A stretch of DNA of 64,000 nucleotides from Verrucomicrobiota bacterium (lineage in GTDB: Bacteria; Verrucomicrobiota; Verrucomicrobiia; Limisphaerales; UBA11358), in NCBI GenBank assembly GCA_050010435.1, contig JBEKKZ010000008.1, positions 5,511-69,510 on the forward strand. The letters run 5' to 3'. Made by a program: the position numbers and the translations under genes. Below, one piece after another: positions 44,419 to 52,815 of the stretch (position 1 is the stretch's first letter; each line of letters starts with the position of its first letter). The notes under the pieces are model-generated. The model made no database searches, had not been told where the DNA came from, and saw only the letters and a list, made by a program, of their open reading frames with translations.

Positions 44419-45197
44419 CACGTGTTCAAACTTTTGCGCCGGAAACCAAGCCAGGTGAGCAGCAAAAACAGTCCGGTGTAAGCCGTCGCGTAAAGCGTCG
44501 CCAGCACGCAATCCAGCCAGTCCACCAAACCCCAGTCATAAATCACACGGTCGCGGATATCGAACCATTCCAGATGGGGAATTAAAAAGTAGATCGTGTA
44601 AAAAATGGTTTGCAGCGGCTGCGGTTGGTGGAGCGCCACCGTGTTCAAATGGCCCCCAACCAGCAAAATGCCGGCAACGGCGATGAAACAAATCGTCGTG
44701 GTGGACGATGGCGCGGCGGTAATGATCGAGGCGAGCAGCGACAGGGCGATGACCACGGCGAGCATGGCCCATTGCAGCCAGATGGCTTGCAAATAGGTCA
44801 GCCACGGCCAGTACTGTTCGCGCGAGCCGGTGATGATGGCAAAGAAAACGTAGAAGACGAGCAACGCCATGCCGGTGGCCAGCCAGCAGCCGAAAAATTT
44901 CCCCAGGATGAATTGCGCGCGCGTGACCGGCTTGGCCAGCAGCGGAAAAATGGTGCGGCTTTCGCGTTCGGCGGGAATCTGCCGCGCCGTGGTCACGAGG
45001 GCGATGATCAGCGCCGAAATCCAAATGAGCAACATGCAAATGTCTTTGACGTAGCGCACGATTTTCGGGTCGTCAAAAAAATTGACCATGCCGGCGGCGA
45101 CGGTGATGAGCGCCGTGAGGACGAACAGAACATAGAAATCCTTGCGGCGGTAAAGCTCTTTGATGACGATGCCGGCCAATGCCCAAATCGTATTCAT
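44418..45197 (-). CDS. ABC-2 family transporter permease
   Basis: 259 aa, six hydrophobic helices. Overlaps the ATPase gene stop by 4 nt. Confidence 0.75.
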   Translation of the reverse strand: MNTIWALAGIVIKELYRRKDFYVLFVLTALITVAAGMVNFFDDPKIVRYVKDICMLLIWISALIIALVTTARQIPAERESRTIFPLLAKPVTRAQFILGKFFGCWLATGMALLVFYVFFAIITGSREQYWPWLTYLQAIWLQWAMLAVVIALSLLASIITAAPSSTTTICFIAVAGILLVGGHLNTVALHQPQPLQTIFYTIYFLIPHLEWFDIRDRVIYDWGLVDWLDCVLATLYATAYTGLFLLLTWLGFRRKSLNT

Positions 45198-45949
45198 GAC
45201 GCGGATTGTGTTTGATAGCCGATGATGTCCAGAAAGGCCTTTTCCAAATTAGCCTGGTGCCGGGTCACGAGATCGCTGACACGCCCCGTCGCCTTGAGTT
45301 CGCCCTCATTGATGATGGCCACGCGGTCGCAAACGGTTTCCACTTCGCCCAACTCGTGCGACGAAAAGAACACCGTCTTGCCCTCGTTTTTCAGGCGTTG
45401 GATGATTTCACGGACTTTCATGCGGCCCAGCGGGTCGAGGCCGCTGGTCGGTTCGTCGAGAATCAATAAATCGGGATTGTTGATGAGCGCCTGCGCGAGG
45501 CCGACGCGCTGCTGCATTCCTTTGGAATAGGATTTGATGGGACGTTTGCGCGCCTGCTCCAGTTCAACAAGCTTGAGCAGTTGGTCAATGCGCTTGTCCG
45601 CTTCCGTTCGCGGCAGGCCAAAGATGCGCGCGTAAAACCGGAGCAACTCCTCGGCGGTGAGAAACTTGTAGTAATACGTCATCTCCGGCAAATAGCCGAT
45701 GCGCTGGCGCGCAATGGGTTGGCGCACGTCAATGCCAAAAAGATACGCCGCGCCACGGGTCGGTGGCACGAAGCCGAGCAGGACGTTGATGGCCGTGGTT
45801 TTGCCCGCGCCGTTCGGTCCGAGAAAGCCGAAGACTTCGCCGACGTTCACCTCCAAATCGAGATTGCCCAGCGCGACTTTGGTTGTCTGGCGCAATTCAC
45901 CGCTGGTGAACTCAACGCGCAATTTTTCCGTTTTTAGAATGATGCTCAT
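45194..45949 (-). CDS. ABC transporter ATP-binding protein
   Basis: ORF trimmed to ATG 45949 (MSIILKTEKL). GPNGAGKTT, YSKGMQQRVG, LLILDEPTSGLD. Confidence 0.9.
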   Translation of the reverse strand: MSIILKTEKLRVEFTSGELRQTTKVALGNLDLEVNVGEVFGFLGPNGAGKTTAINVLLGFVPPTRGAAYLFGIDVRQPIARQRIGYLPEMTYYYKFLTAEELLRFYARIFGLPRTEADKRIDQLLKLVELEQARKRPIKSYSKGMQQRVGLAQALINNPDLLILDEPTSGLDPLGRMKVREIIQRLKNEGKTVFFSSHELGEVETVCDRVAIINEGELKATGRVSDLVTRHQANLEKAFLDIIGYQTQSAS

Positions 45950-46077
45950 GCCCGACTTGAATGACCGGCAAATTCCGGTCTTTCTCCTAACCCAAACGAT
46001 TCTCGAAGTCAACCGCCGCCGGATTAAAAATAAAAGGCACAAGATATCCCCTGTGCCTTGAGCAAGCCGGGCAGTGG

Positions 46078-46458
46078 TTACTGCAGGACATGCGGGGGGT
46101 TAACCGTTGTGCCGAGTGAACAAACCGCCTGCGGAATCGTGCCCACAGTCTGCAGACTGTATTCGCCAAGGGCGGGGCAGGGGGGAATTGACCCTGCGGA
46201 ATTCAATTTGATGTAGGCTGTAATATCATCGGGATAATTGACCGTGTCCCCGACGTGCAATCCTTTTTCGATCGCAACCTGTTGGACTGCGGATTCAATC
46301 TGTCGCAGATTGTTGATGCAGGCGTTGGCTTGCGAAACGGTGCGGGCATGCAAAAAGCTGGGAATGCCAATTGCCGCCAAGATGCCTATGATGGCCACGA
46401 CAATCATGATTTCCACGAGCGTGAAGCCCGCCAAGAGCGAAGCTTTGGAGGTTTTCAT
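46078..46458 (-). CDS. Prepilin-type N-terminal cleavage/methylation domain protein (pseudopilin 1)
   Basis: ORF trimmed to ATG 46458. Has MKTSKASLLAGFTLVEIMIVVAIIGILAAI followed by ANACINNLRQIE. Confidence 0.85.
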   Translation of the reverse strand: MKTSKASLLAGFTLVEIMIVVAIIGILAAIGIPSFLHARTVSQANACINNLRQIESAVQQVAIEKGLHVGDTVNYPDDITAYIKLNSAGSIPPCPALGEYSLQTVGTIPQAVCSLGTTVNPPHVLQ

Positions 46459-46570
46459 ACTATATTTTCTTTCGGTTATGCGGCGTGAACCACGCAACGG
46501 GCGAGTTATAATGTAATGATTACGGTTACGTTCACTAATTGCCCATTGCGACCGCAATTCGATATTTAAT
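46459..46570 (-). promoter_or_regulatory. Conserved structured 5' leader of pseudopilin 1
   Basis: Plus-strand coordinates of the four pairing segments: 46485-46490, 46495-46502, 46530-46535, 46541-46548. See the finding on the leader. Confidence 0.45.
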
Positions 46571-46587
46571 TAGCAGTACCAATGCCA
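46571..46587 (-). promoter_or_regulatory. Sigma54-type (-24/-12) promoter
   Basis: Sense strand TGGCATtggtaCTGCTA. GG and GC are spaced as in TGGCAC-N5-TTGCW. Confidence 0.55.
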
Positions 46588-46640
46588 AAATCCAAGTGAA
46601 AAACAGGAGATTTTTTTGAGAATCAGCTTGCCTGGGTTCA

Positions 46641-46677
46641 AAAAAGCAAAAAGGCCCGAAGCCTTTCGCTTCGAGCC
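46641..46677 (-). terminator. Rho-independent terminator after pseudopilin 2
   Basis: Sense strand GGCTCGAAGC-GAAAG-GCTTCGGGCC followed by TTTTTGCTTTTTT. Confidence 0.75.
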
Positions 46678-46698
46678 TTTGAATCAAACCCGGTATTA

Positions 46699-47073
46699 TT
46701 ACGGCAGAATGTGGGGGTTGCTGGTAAGGGTACTCAGCGAGCAAGTCGGAACATCGCCCACATTAGCGAGAGTGTAATCGCCGCCAGCCGGACACGGAGG
46801 AATGCTGCTGGCAGAGTTCAACTTGATGTAGGGCGTCAAGTCGGTGTTCATAACAATTGCATCACCGGTCTTTTTGCCTTGTTCCAGCGCGAATTGATGC
46901 GCGGCGGCGTCAATCTGGCGCAGGTTGTTGATGCAAGCATTCATCTGCGAGGTGGCGCGGGCTTTCACGAAGTTGGGAATGGCGATGGCTGCCAAGAGGC
47001 CGATAATGGCCACGACAATCATGATTTCCACCAATGTGAAACCTGCCTTGCGGGGGGTTTTGGAATTTTTCAT
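46699..47073 (-). CDS. Prepilin-type N-terminal cleavage/methylation domain protein (pseudopilin 2)
   Basis: MKNSKTPRKAGFTLVEIMIVVAIIGLLAAI, MNACINNLRQIDAAAHQFALEQGKK. Confidence 0.88.
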   Translation of the reverse strand: MKNSKTPRKAGFTLVEIMIVVAIIGLLAAIAIPNFVKARATSQMNACINNLRQIDAAAHQFALEQGKKTGDAIVMNTDLTPYIKLNSASSIPPCPAGGDYTLANVGDVPTCSLSTLTSNPHILP

Positions 47074-47184
47074 TTTTATTTTTCTTTCCGTTTATTGCGG
47101 CGTGAGCAGATCAACAGGCAGGTTACAATGAGTACGTTTTTGCCCACGAGATTGCCTGTTGCAACCACAACTTATTTAGAAGGT
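47074..47184 (-). promoter_or_regulatory. Conserved structured 5' leader of pseudopilin 2
   Basis: Pairing segments at 47102-47108, 47112-47120, 47141-47147 and 47153-47161. Confidence 0.45.
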
Positions 47185-47201
47185 TAGCACTCGCAGTGCC
47201 A
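47185..47201 (-). promoter_or_regulatory. Sigma54-type (-24/-12) promoter
   Basis: Sense strand TGGCACtgcgaGTGCTA. Confidence 0.6.
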
Positions 47202-47256
47202 AAGTCCAAGCAAACCGAACCGACCATTATCTCAAAAATGGCCATTTGTGTTAAAA

Positions 47257-48716
47257 AGTCGGTCCTGAAGAACGCGCAGGCACTTGGCGGGAGTTGTGTC
47301 AGGCGAAGAGACACATAAAAGTTTTCGACCGGAAAATTGAATTAAGGCTGCAAAATCCGGTCGAAAGGAACGATGCAAGCCAAGCTCTCTGCCACCGGCC
47401 AGACTTCGTTCCTGATGCCCACGCTGGCTGAACAACTGGATCCGCGCCAACCGATCAAACAACTGGCCGACACGCTGCCCTGGCCGGAGTTCGAGCAGGT
47501 CTTCGGAAAGTATTACAGCCCGGACGGTCGCCCGGCCAAGCCGGTGCGGCTGATGGTGGGTCTGCTGTTGCTCAAGCAGATGTTCAATCAGGGCGACGAG
47601 ACGGTGGTGGCCGCCTGGGTGCAGAACCCCTACTGGCAATACTTCTGCGGGATGAGCGAGTTTCAGTGGCAGGCACCCTGTGATCCCAGTGACTTGGTCT
47701 ATTTTCGCGACCGAATCGGCGAAGCCGGGATGCAGCGCATTCTCCGAGTCAGCGCGCAATTGCACGGAGACAAGGCACAAGAGCCGGAAGTGGTGGTGGA
47801 CACGACGGTGCAGGAAAAGAACATCACCCATCCCACCGACACGAAACTGGCCCACAAAATCATCCGCCGCTGCTGGAAGCTGGCGGATCGCAACGGGGTC
47901 AAACTACGTCGTCGCTACCGCAAGGCCGTGCGGCATTGTGTGATGGCCCAACGCTGGCGCAGAGACCCGAAGAAGCGGAAGACGGCCCACCGGGCCTTAC
48001 GGAAAATGAAAGTCATCGCGGGCCGCCTGATCCGTGAGCTGGAGCGCAAATTGCCGGAGGCGGCGCACGCGGAACAACGGAGGAACTTCGCATTGTATCG
48101 GCGCGTGTTGCGCCAACAACCCTCCGACAGGGACAAGATTTACTCGCTGCACGAACCGCAGGTCTATTGCCTGAGCAAAGGCAAGGAACACAAGAAGTAT
48201 GAGTTTGGCAGCAAAGCCTCGGTGGTGATGACCAAGACAGCCGGAGTGATCGTGGGCGCGGTCGCCCATGAGGAGAATCTTTACGATGGCGACGCGCTAC
48301 GACCCGCGCTCCAACAAACCAAAATCATCACCGGCCAACAACCGGCCAAAGCGATTGTGGATCGTGGCTACCGCGGGCGCAAAACCGTGGACGGCACGGA
48401 AGTGTTGCTGCCTGGTAAACCCAAACCAGGCCAGAGCAAGTCGATGAGCGCAAAGATGAGAGCACGATTTCGGCGGCGGGCGGCGATTGAACCGGTGATC
48501 AGCCACTTGAAACACCAGTATCGGCTGGCACGCTGCTTCCTCAAAGGGTTCGTGGGGGATCAAGTGAATCTGTTGCTGGCCGCAGCGGCGTGGAATTTAC
48601 GGAAGTGGCTGCGGGCGGCGGCCCTTTTTTGGCTTCAATTGTTTCGATGGTTTGCCAACCAGCAAATACCCCTCACAGCCTCGCCTTATTCCTGAAAGAG
48701 TTTTTCAGGAACGACT
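47257..48716 (+). mobile_element. Intact IS5-family insertion sequence (~1.46 kb)
   Basis: Terminal inverted repeats agtcggtcctgaagaacgc (47257-47275) and the reverse complement of 48698-48716 (agtcgttcctgaaaaactc) match at 16 of 19 positions. Single transposase ORF. The A-rich flanks make the target duplication ambiguous. Confidence 0.8.
47373..48695 (+). CDS. IS5-family DDE transposase
   Basis: N-terminal InsH/DUF772-like region (GRPAKPVRLMVGLLLLKQMFNQGDE), VVVDTTVQEKNITHPTD, IVDRGYRG, and the C-terminal GDQVNLLLAAAAWNLRKW typical of IS5/IS4-type DDE enzymes. Confidence 0.88.
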   Translation: MQAKLSATGQTSFLMPTLAEQLDPRQPIKQLADTLPWPEFEQVFGKYYSPDGRPAKPVRLMVGLLLLKQMFNQGDETVVAAWVQNPYWQYFCGMSEFQWQAPCDPSDLVYFRDRIGEAGMQRILRVSAQLHGDKAQEPEVVVDTTVQEKNITHPTDTKLAHKIIRRCWKLADRNGVKLRRRYRKAVRHCVMAQRWRRDPKKRKTAHRALRKMKVIAGRLIRELERKLPEAAHAEQRRNFALYRRVLRQQPSDRDKIYSLHEPQVYCLSKGKEHKKYEFGSKASVVMTKTAGVIVGAVAHEENLYDGDALRPALQQTKIITGQQPAKAIVDRGYRGRKTVDGTEVLLPGKPKPGQSKSMSAKMRARFRRRAAIEPVISHLKHQYRLARCFLKGFVGDQVNLLLAAAAWNLRKWLRAAALFWLQLFRWFANQQIPLTASPYS

Positions 48717-48720
48717 AAAT

Positions 48721-48754
48721 AATAAAAAAGGCCCGAAGCCTTTCGCTTCGAGCC
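48721..48754 (-). terminator. Rho-independent terminator after pseudopilin 3
   Basis: Same hairpin as 46641-46677, followed by a T-run on the sense strand. Confidence 0.75.
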
Positions 48755-48775
48755 TTTGAATCAAACCCAGTCTTA

Positions 48776-49153
48776 TTACGGCAGAATGTGGGGTGGAGTA
48801 ACCGTGGTCAACGAGCAAGTGATTTGCGGAATGGCACCCACAGTACCCACAGTATAGCTGCCGCCAGCCGGACACGGAGGAATGCTGCTGGCAGAGTTCA
48901 ACTTGATGTAGGGCGTCAAGTCGCTCGGCCAAGTGATGGAGTCACCGGTCTTTTTGCCTTTTTCCAGCGCGAATTCATTCGCCGCGGCGTCAATCTGACG
49001 CATGTTGTTGATGCAAGCATTGGCTTGCGAGGTGGCACGGGCCTTCACGAAGTTGGGAATGGCAATCGCCGCCAACAGGCCGATAATGGCCACGACAATC
49101 ATGATTTCCACCAATGTGAAACCTGCCTTGCGGGGGGTTTTGGTATTTTTCAT
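48776..49153 (-). CDS. Prepilin-type N-terminal cleavage/methylation domain protein (pseudopilin 3)
   Basis: ORF trimmed to ATG 49153. MKNTKTPRKAGFTLVEIMIVVAIIGLLAAI, ANACINNMRQIDAAANEFALEKGKK. Confidence 0.88.
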   Translation of the reverse strand: MKNTKTPRKAGFTLVEIMIVVAIIGLLAAIAIPNFVKARATSQANACINNMRQIDAAANEFALEKGKKTGDSITWPSDLTPYIKLNSASSIPPCPAGGSYTVGTVGAIPQITCSLTTVTPPHILP

Positions 49154-49262
49154 TTTTATTTTTCTTTCCATTTTATGCGGCGTGAACAAGACAACAGGCG
49201 GGTTACAATGATTACACTTTGTTCACTGATTGCCTGCTGCAACCGCACCTTATTTGGCAGGT
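49154..49262 (-). promoter_or_regulatory. Conserved structured 5' leader of pseudopilin 3
   Basis: Pairing segments at 49182-49189, 49192-49199, 49219-49226 and 49232-49239. Confidence 0.45.
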
Positions 49263-49279
49263 TAGCACTCGCAGTGCCA
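49263..49279 (-). promoter_or_regulatory. Sigma54-type (-24/-12) promoter
   Basis: Sense strand TGGCACtgcgaGTGCTA, identical to the 47185-47201 site. Confidence 0.6.
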
Positions 49280-49535
49280 AAGCCAAAGGAGAAAATGCGT
49301 CTGCCTTTGGCGTCCGTCAACCAATCCAGTGCACTGAATAAAGCGAAATAAGGATTCAACGGCCAGGAACTGTGTGGTTTTCCTGTGAAAACCGCCATGC
49401 GCGTTTTGTTGCGATGTCTCAACTTGAAGCGCTCTGTAGGATTTTTGGACATGGTGGAGGCAAATAACTTGCACCGTTTTAGTTCAATCCGCGCCTTCGC
49501 TTCTTGCTTCGGCGCGGCAAGTTGTGGCTTAATCA

Positions 49536-50282
49536 ATGCCCGTGAACACGATTGGTATCGTTCCCGCACGTTATGCTTCAACGCGGTTTCCCGGCAAACC
49601 GCTCGCGCTCATCGCCGGCAAGCCGCTGATTCAGCACGTCGTCGAGCAATGCCAGAAAGCCAGGTCGCTGAGCGAAGTCATCGTGGCGACGGACGACACA
49701 CGGATCTGGGAAGTGGCACAGAATTTCTGTCGCGCGGAAATGACGCGACCGGATCATCCGAGCGGTTCCGATCGCATCGCCGAAGTCGCCGGGCGTTGCA
49801 CCTGCGACGCGGTGGTGAACATCCAGGGCGACGAACCGTTGATTGACCCGGCGGTGATTGACGCGGTTGCCGGCGCACTCGCGCGCGACGAAATGTCCAC
49901 TGCTGCCACGCGTATCAAAAATCCTGAAGAACTCGACAATCCGAATGTCGTAAAAGTCGTTGTCAGCGCCACTGGCCGCGCGTTATATTTTTCCCGGCGC
50001 ACGATTCCGCATCTGCGCGCGGCCGCCAGCCGTTCAGCGAGCGAACGGTTGGCGGCATTTGCTTTTTTGAAGCACCTCGGCATTTACGGCTACCGGCGCG
50101 AGACGCTGCTGCGGCTGGTGAAATTCCCGGTGTCGCCGCTGGAAAACGCGGAGAAACTGGAGCAGTTGCGCGCGCTGGAAAATGGCATTCAAATCGCGGT
50201 CGTAAAAGTGGATTACGACAGCGTGGGCGTGGATGGGCCGAAAGACGTGGCGCGGGTGGAGAAGTTGCTCCGCAACAAATGA
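49536..50282 (+). CDS. kdsB: 3-deoxy-manno-octulosonate cytidylyltransferase (CMP-Kdo synthetase)
   Basis: IVPARYASTRFPGKPL, VIVATDD, VNIQGDEPLI, GIYGYRRETL. Confidence 0.93.
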   Translation: MPVNTIGIVPARYASTRFPGKPLALIAGKPLIQHVVEQCQKARSLSEVIVATDDTRIWEVAQNFCRAEMTRPDHPSGSDRIAEVAGRCTCDAVVNIQGDEPLIDPAVIDAVAGALARDEMSTAATRIKNPEELDNPNVVKVVVSATGRALYFSRRTIPHLRAAASRSASERLAAFAFLKHLGIYGYRRETLLRLVKFPVSPLENAEKLEQLRALENGIQIAVVKVDYDSVGVDGPKDVARVEKLLRNK

Positions 50283-50404
50283 CGAATGACGAAGCGCTAA
50301 TGACTAAAGAATGAGCAAGCCTGAATGATCAAAGTCGCGGGGCATTCTGAAATTTGTCATTTGTCATTATTTCATCATTAGGGTTTAGTAATTAGTCATT
50401 TTTT
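50283..50404. repeat. REP-like inverted-repeat element (aatgac/gtcatt type) between kdsB and pyrG
   Basis: aatgacgaagcgctaatgactaaag ... tttgtcatttgtcattatttcatcatt ... tttagtaattagtcatt. It abuts the pyrG ATG. Confidence 0.6.
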
Positions 50405-52018
50405 ATGAAGTACATTTTTGTCACAGGCGGGGTGGTGAGTTCGCTGGGCAAGGGGTTGACGGCGGCGTCGCTCGGCACGCTGCTCGAAAATCGCGGGCTG
50501 AAAGTCGCGCTCCAGAAGTTCGATCCCTACCTCAACGTGGATCCGGGCACGATGAATCCGTATCAGCACGGCGAGGTTTATGTGCTCGACGACGGCGCGG
50601 AAACGGACCTCGACCTCGGCCATTACGAGCGCTTCACCAACGTCAAACTCACGCGCTTCAACAACCTCACCAGCGGCCAGGTTTATCAGACCGTGCTCAA
50701 CAACGAACGCGAAGGCCGTTACCTCGGCAAAACCGTCCAGGTGATTCCGCACGTCACGGACGAAATCAAAAACCGCATCCATCTGCTGGCCGAACAGACC
50801 AAAGCCGACGTGATCATCACCGAAATCGGCGGGACGACGGGCGACATTGAGGGTCTGCCGTTTTTGGAGGCGATCCGCGAGTTCGCGCTGGAAGCCGGCT
50901 CCAACAACGTGATTTTTGTTCACGTCACCTACGTGCCGTTCATCAAGGCGGCGGGCGAATTGAAAACGAAACCCACGCAGCAGTCGGTCGCCAAGCTGCG
51001 GGAAATCGGCATCACACCCCACCTCATCGTCTGCCGCTGTGAAAAGCCGCTGGAAAAGGAGCTGCGCCAGAAAATTTCGTTGTTCTGCAACGTGCCCATG
51101 GAAGCGGTGATTGAAGAGCAGGACGTGGAACACTCGATTTACGAAGTGCCGCTCATGCTCCAGCGCGAGCGCGCCGACGACCTGATCTGCGGGCTGCTGC
51201 GCCTCGACGTGCCGCCCGCCAACATGACGCACTGGCAGGAAATCATCCGCAAAATCATCGCGCCGCAGCATCGCGTCCGCATCGGCGTGGTCGGCAAATA
51301 CATCGGCCTGCAGGATGCCTACAAGTCCGTGTATGAAGCCATCAGCCACGGCGGCATTGGCAACGATTGCGGCGTGGAAATCGTGCGCGTGGATTCGGAG
51401 GAGATTGAAAAAGAAGGCGCGGCCAAAATCCTCAAGGGATTGGGCGGCATCTTGGTGCCCGGCGGTTTTGGCGAGCGCGGCATCGAAGGCAAAATCAAGG
51501 CCGTGCAATACGCGCGTGAAAACAAAATTCCCTATCTCGGCCTCTGCCTCGGAATGCAAATCGCCACCATCGAATTTGCGCGGCACGTTTTGAAATTGGA
51601 AAAGGCGCACTCGACCGAGTTTGACCCGGCCACGCCGCATCCGGTCATCGCCATGCTCGACGAACAAAGGCGCGTGACCAAAAAGGGCGGTACGATGCGG
51701 CTCGGCGCGCAGCCGTGCCAGTTGGCGCTCGGCACGAAGGCGGCGGAACTCTACGGCTCGTTCGTGGTCAACGAACGCCACCGCCACCGCTACGAATTCA
51801 ACAACGCCTACCGCGAAAAATTTGAAAAGGCCGGGTTCGTGTTCAGCGGCTTGTCGCCCGACGGCAAACTCGTCGAGGTGATCGAACTCAAGGACCATCC
51901 ATTCTTCATCGCGAGCCAGTTTCACCCGGAGTTTTTGAGCAAACCGCACCAGCCGCATCCGCTGTTTAAAGGCTTCATCGCCGCCGCGCATGCGCGGCTG
52001 CATCAGAAGCCGTTGTAA
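50405..52018 (+). CDS. pyrG: CTP synthase
   Basis: [30 protein letters not shown], and the glutaminase domain GLCLGMQ with HRHRYEFN. Confidence 0.97.
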   Translation: MKYIFVTGGVVSSLGKGLTAASLGTLLENRGLKVALQKFDPYLNVDPGTMNPYQHGEVYVLDDGAETDLDLGHYERFTNVKLTRFNNLTSGQVYQTVLNNEREGRYLGKTVQVIPHVTDEIKNRIHLLAEQTKADVIITEIGGTTGDIEGLPFLEAIREFALEAGSNNVIFVHVTYVPFIKAAGELKTKPTQQSVAKLREIGITPHLIVCRCEKPLEKELRQKISLFCNVPMEAVIEEQDVEHSIYEVPLMLQRERADDLICGLLRLDVPPANMTHWQEIIRKIIAPQHRVRIGVVGKYIGLQDAYKSVYEAISHGGIGNDCGVEIVRVDSEEIEKEGAAKILKGLGGILVPGGFGERGIEGKIKAVQYARENKIPYLGLCLGMQIATIEFARHVLKLEKAHSTEFDPATPHPVIAMLDEQRRVTKKGGTMRLGAQPCQLALGTKAAELYGSFVVNERHRHRYEFNNAYREKFEKAGFVFSGLSPDGKLVEVIELKDHPFFIASQFHPEFLSKPHQPHPLFKGFIAAAHARLHQKPL

Positions 52019-52030
52019 GCCACCAAGCTC

Positions 52031-52567
52031 ATGGGATTGTTTCAAACAATCAACCTTGAAGCGCGCAACCGCAAACTGGAGTTCTTGGTTATTGGCGGAC
52101 TGGCGGTGAATTTTCACGGCTATTCCCGTGACTCGGCGGATTTGGACCTGCTCATCCGGCGTGAAGCCCGCGAACAATGGCTGGCCTTGTTTGCTGAACT
52201 TGATTACTCGGTGGACAAGGAAAAAGACGCCTTCATCCAGCTTTCGCCGCCAAAAGAGGGGGCTTGGCCGGTGGATTTGATGATGGTGCGCGAACCGACC
52301 TTCCGCCCCATGTTTGAAAATGGCAAGCGGGTTGAAATGTATGGCGCGCGGCTGTTGATTCCCTGCCTGGAGCATCTCCTTGCGCTCAAACTGCACGCTT
52401 TGAAACACTCGCATCTTGGCCGTTACCTGAAAGACTTCCTTGATGTCGAAAATCTTGTCCGGGTGAACAAAGTGGATCTGCGTTCGGATAAAATCCGCCA
52501 ATTATTTGCCAAATATGGTACGATGGAACTGTATGAAAAAATATCCCAAGCCTGCGCTGGCGAATGA
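52031..52567 (+). CDS. Nucleotidyltransferase-fold protein (DUF2204/AbiEii-like)
   Basis: LVIGGLAVNFHGYSRDSADLDLLI matches the GG.A....G..R.T.D.D minimal-NTase pattern. 178 aa. Confidence 0.45.
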   Translation: MGLFQTINLEARNRKLEFLVIGGLAVNFHGYSRDSADLDLLIRREAREQWLALFAELDYSVDKEKDAFIQLSPPKEGAWPVDLMMVREPTFRPMFENGKRVEMYGARLLIPCLEHLLALKLHALKHSHLGRYLKDFLDVENLVRVNKVDLRSDKIRQLFAKYGTMELYEKISQACAGE

Positions 52568-52760
52568 TTCATTGAAAGAAACTCCGCTTGCGGATCCGCT
52601 GGAATTTCCAGTTGCGCCTGACTTCGTTTCACGCCCGCCAAGAATTAATCCGCAAGTCATGCTCCGGCGCATTGAGGAAACCATGCCGTGGCGAAATAAG
52701 CGGCCAGGTGAAAAAGAACGGCGGTTGGCAGAAAAAATTCCGGTGGAATTTGTACTTTGA
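52533..52760 (+). CDS. Small hypothetical protein overlapping the 3' end of the NTase-like gene
   Basis: ORF 52506..52760; likely start is ATG 52533 (MKKYPKPAL). No recognisable domain. Confidence 0.3.
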   Translation: MKKYPKPALANDSLKETPLADPLEFPVAPDFVSRPPRINPQVMLRRIEETMPWRNKRPGEKERRLAEKIPVEFVL

Positions 52761-52815
52761 GGCGAGGACAATCTTCCGACAAAACGGAATACGACATCAC
52801 TTTCACTGTCGAACG

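Noticed and set aside
50396-52501. 701-aa ORF antisense to the whole of pyrG. Similar long antisense ORFs occur at 16366..17460 (versus the epimerase), 55250..56629 (versus sdhA), 38142..39161 (versus mrdA), 7268..8263 (versus the ABC ATPase), and 23111..24091 and 24098..24886 (versus the kinase-like gene).
   Set aside because: Each mirrors a strongly supported gene on the opposite strand. Their translations are Arg/Ala/Gly/His-rich and low-complexity with no motifs. Long shadow ORFs are expected in GC-rich coding DNA.
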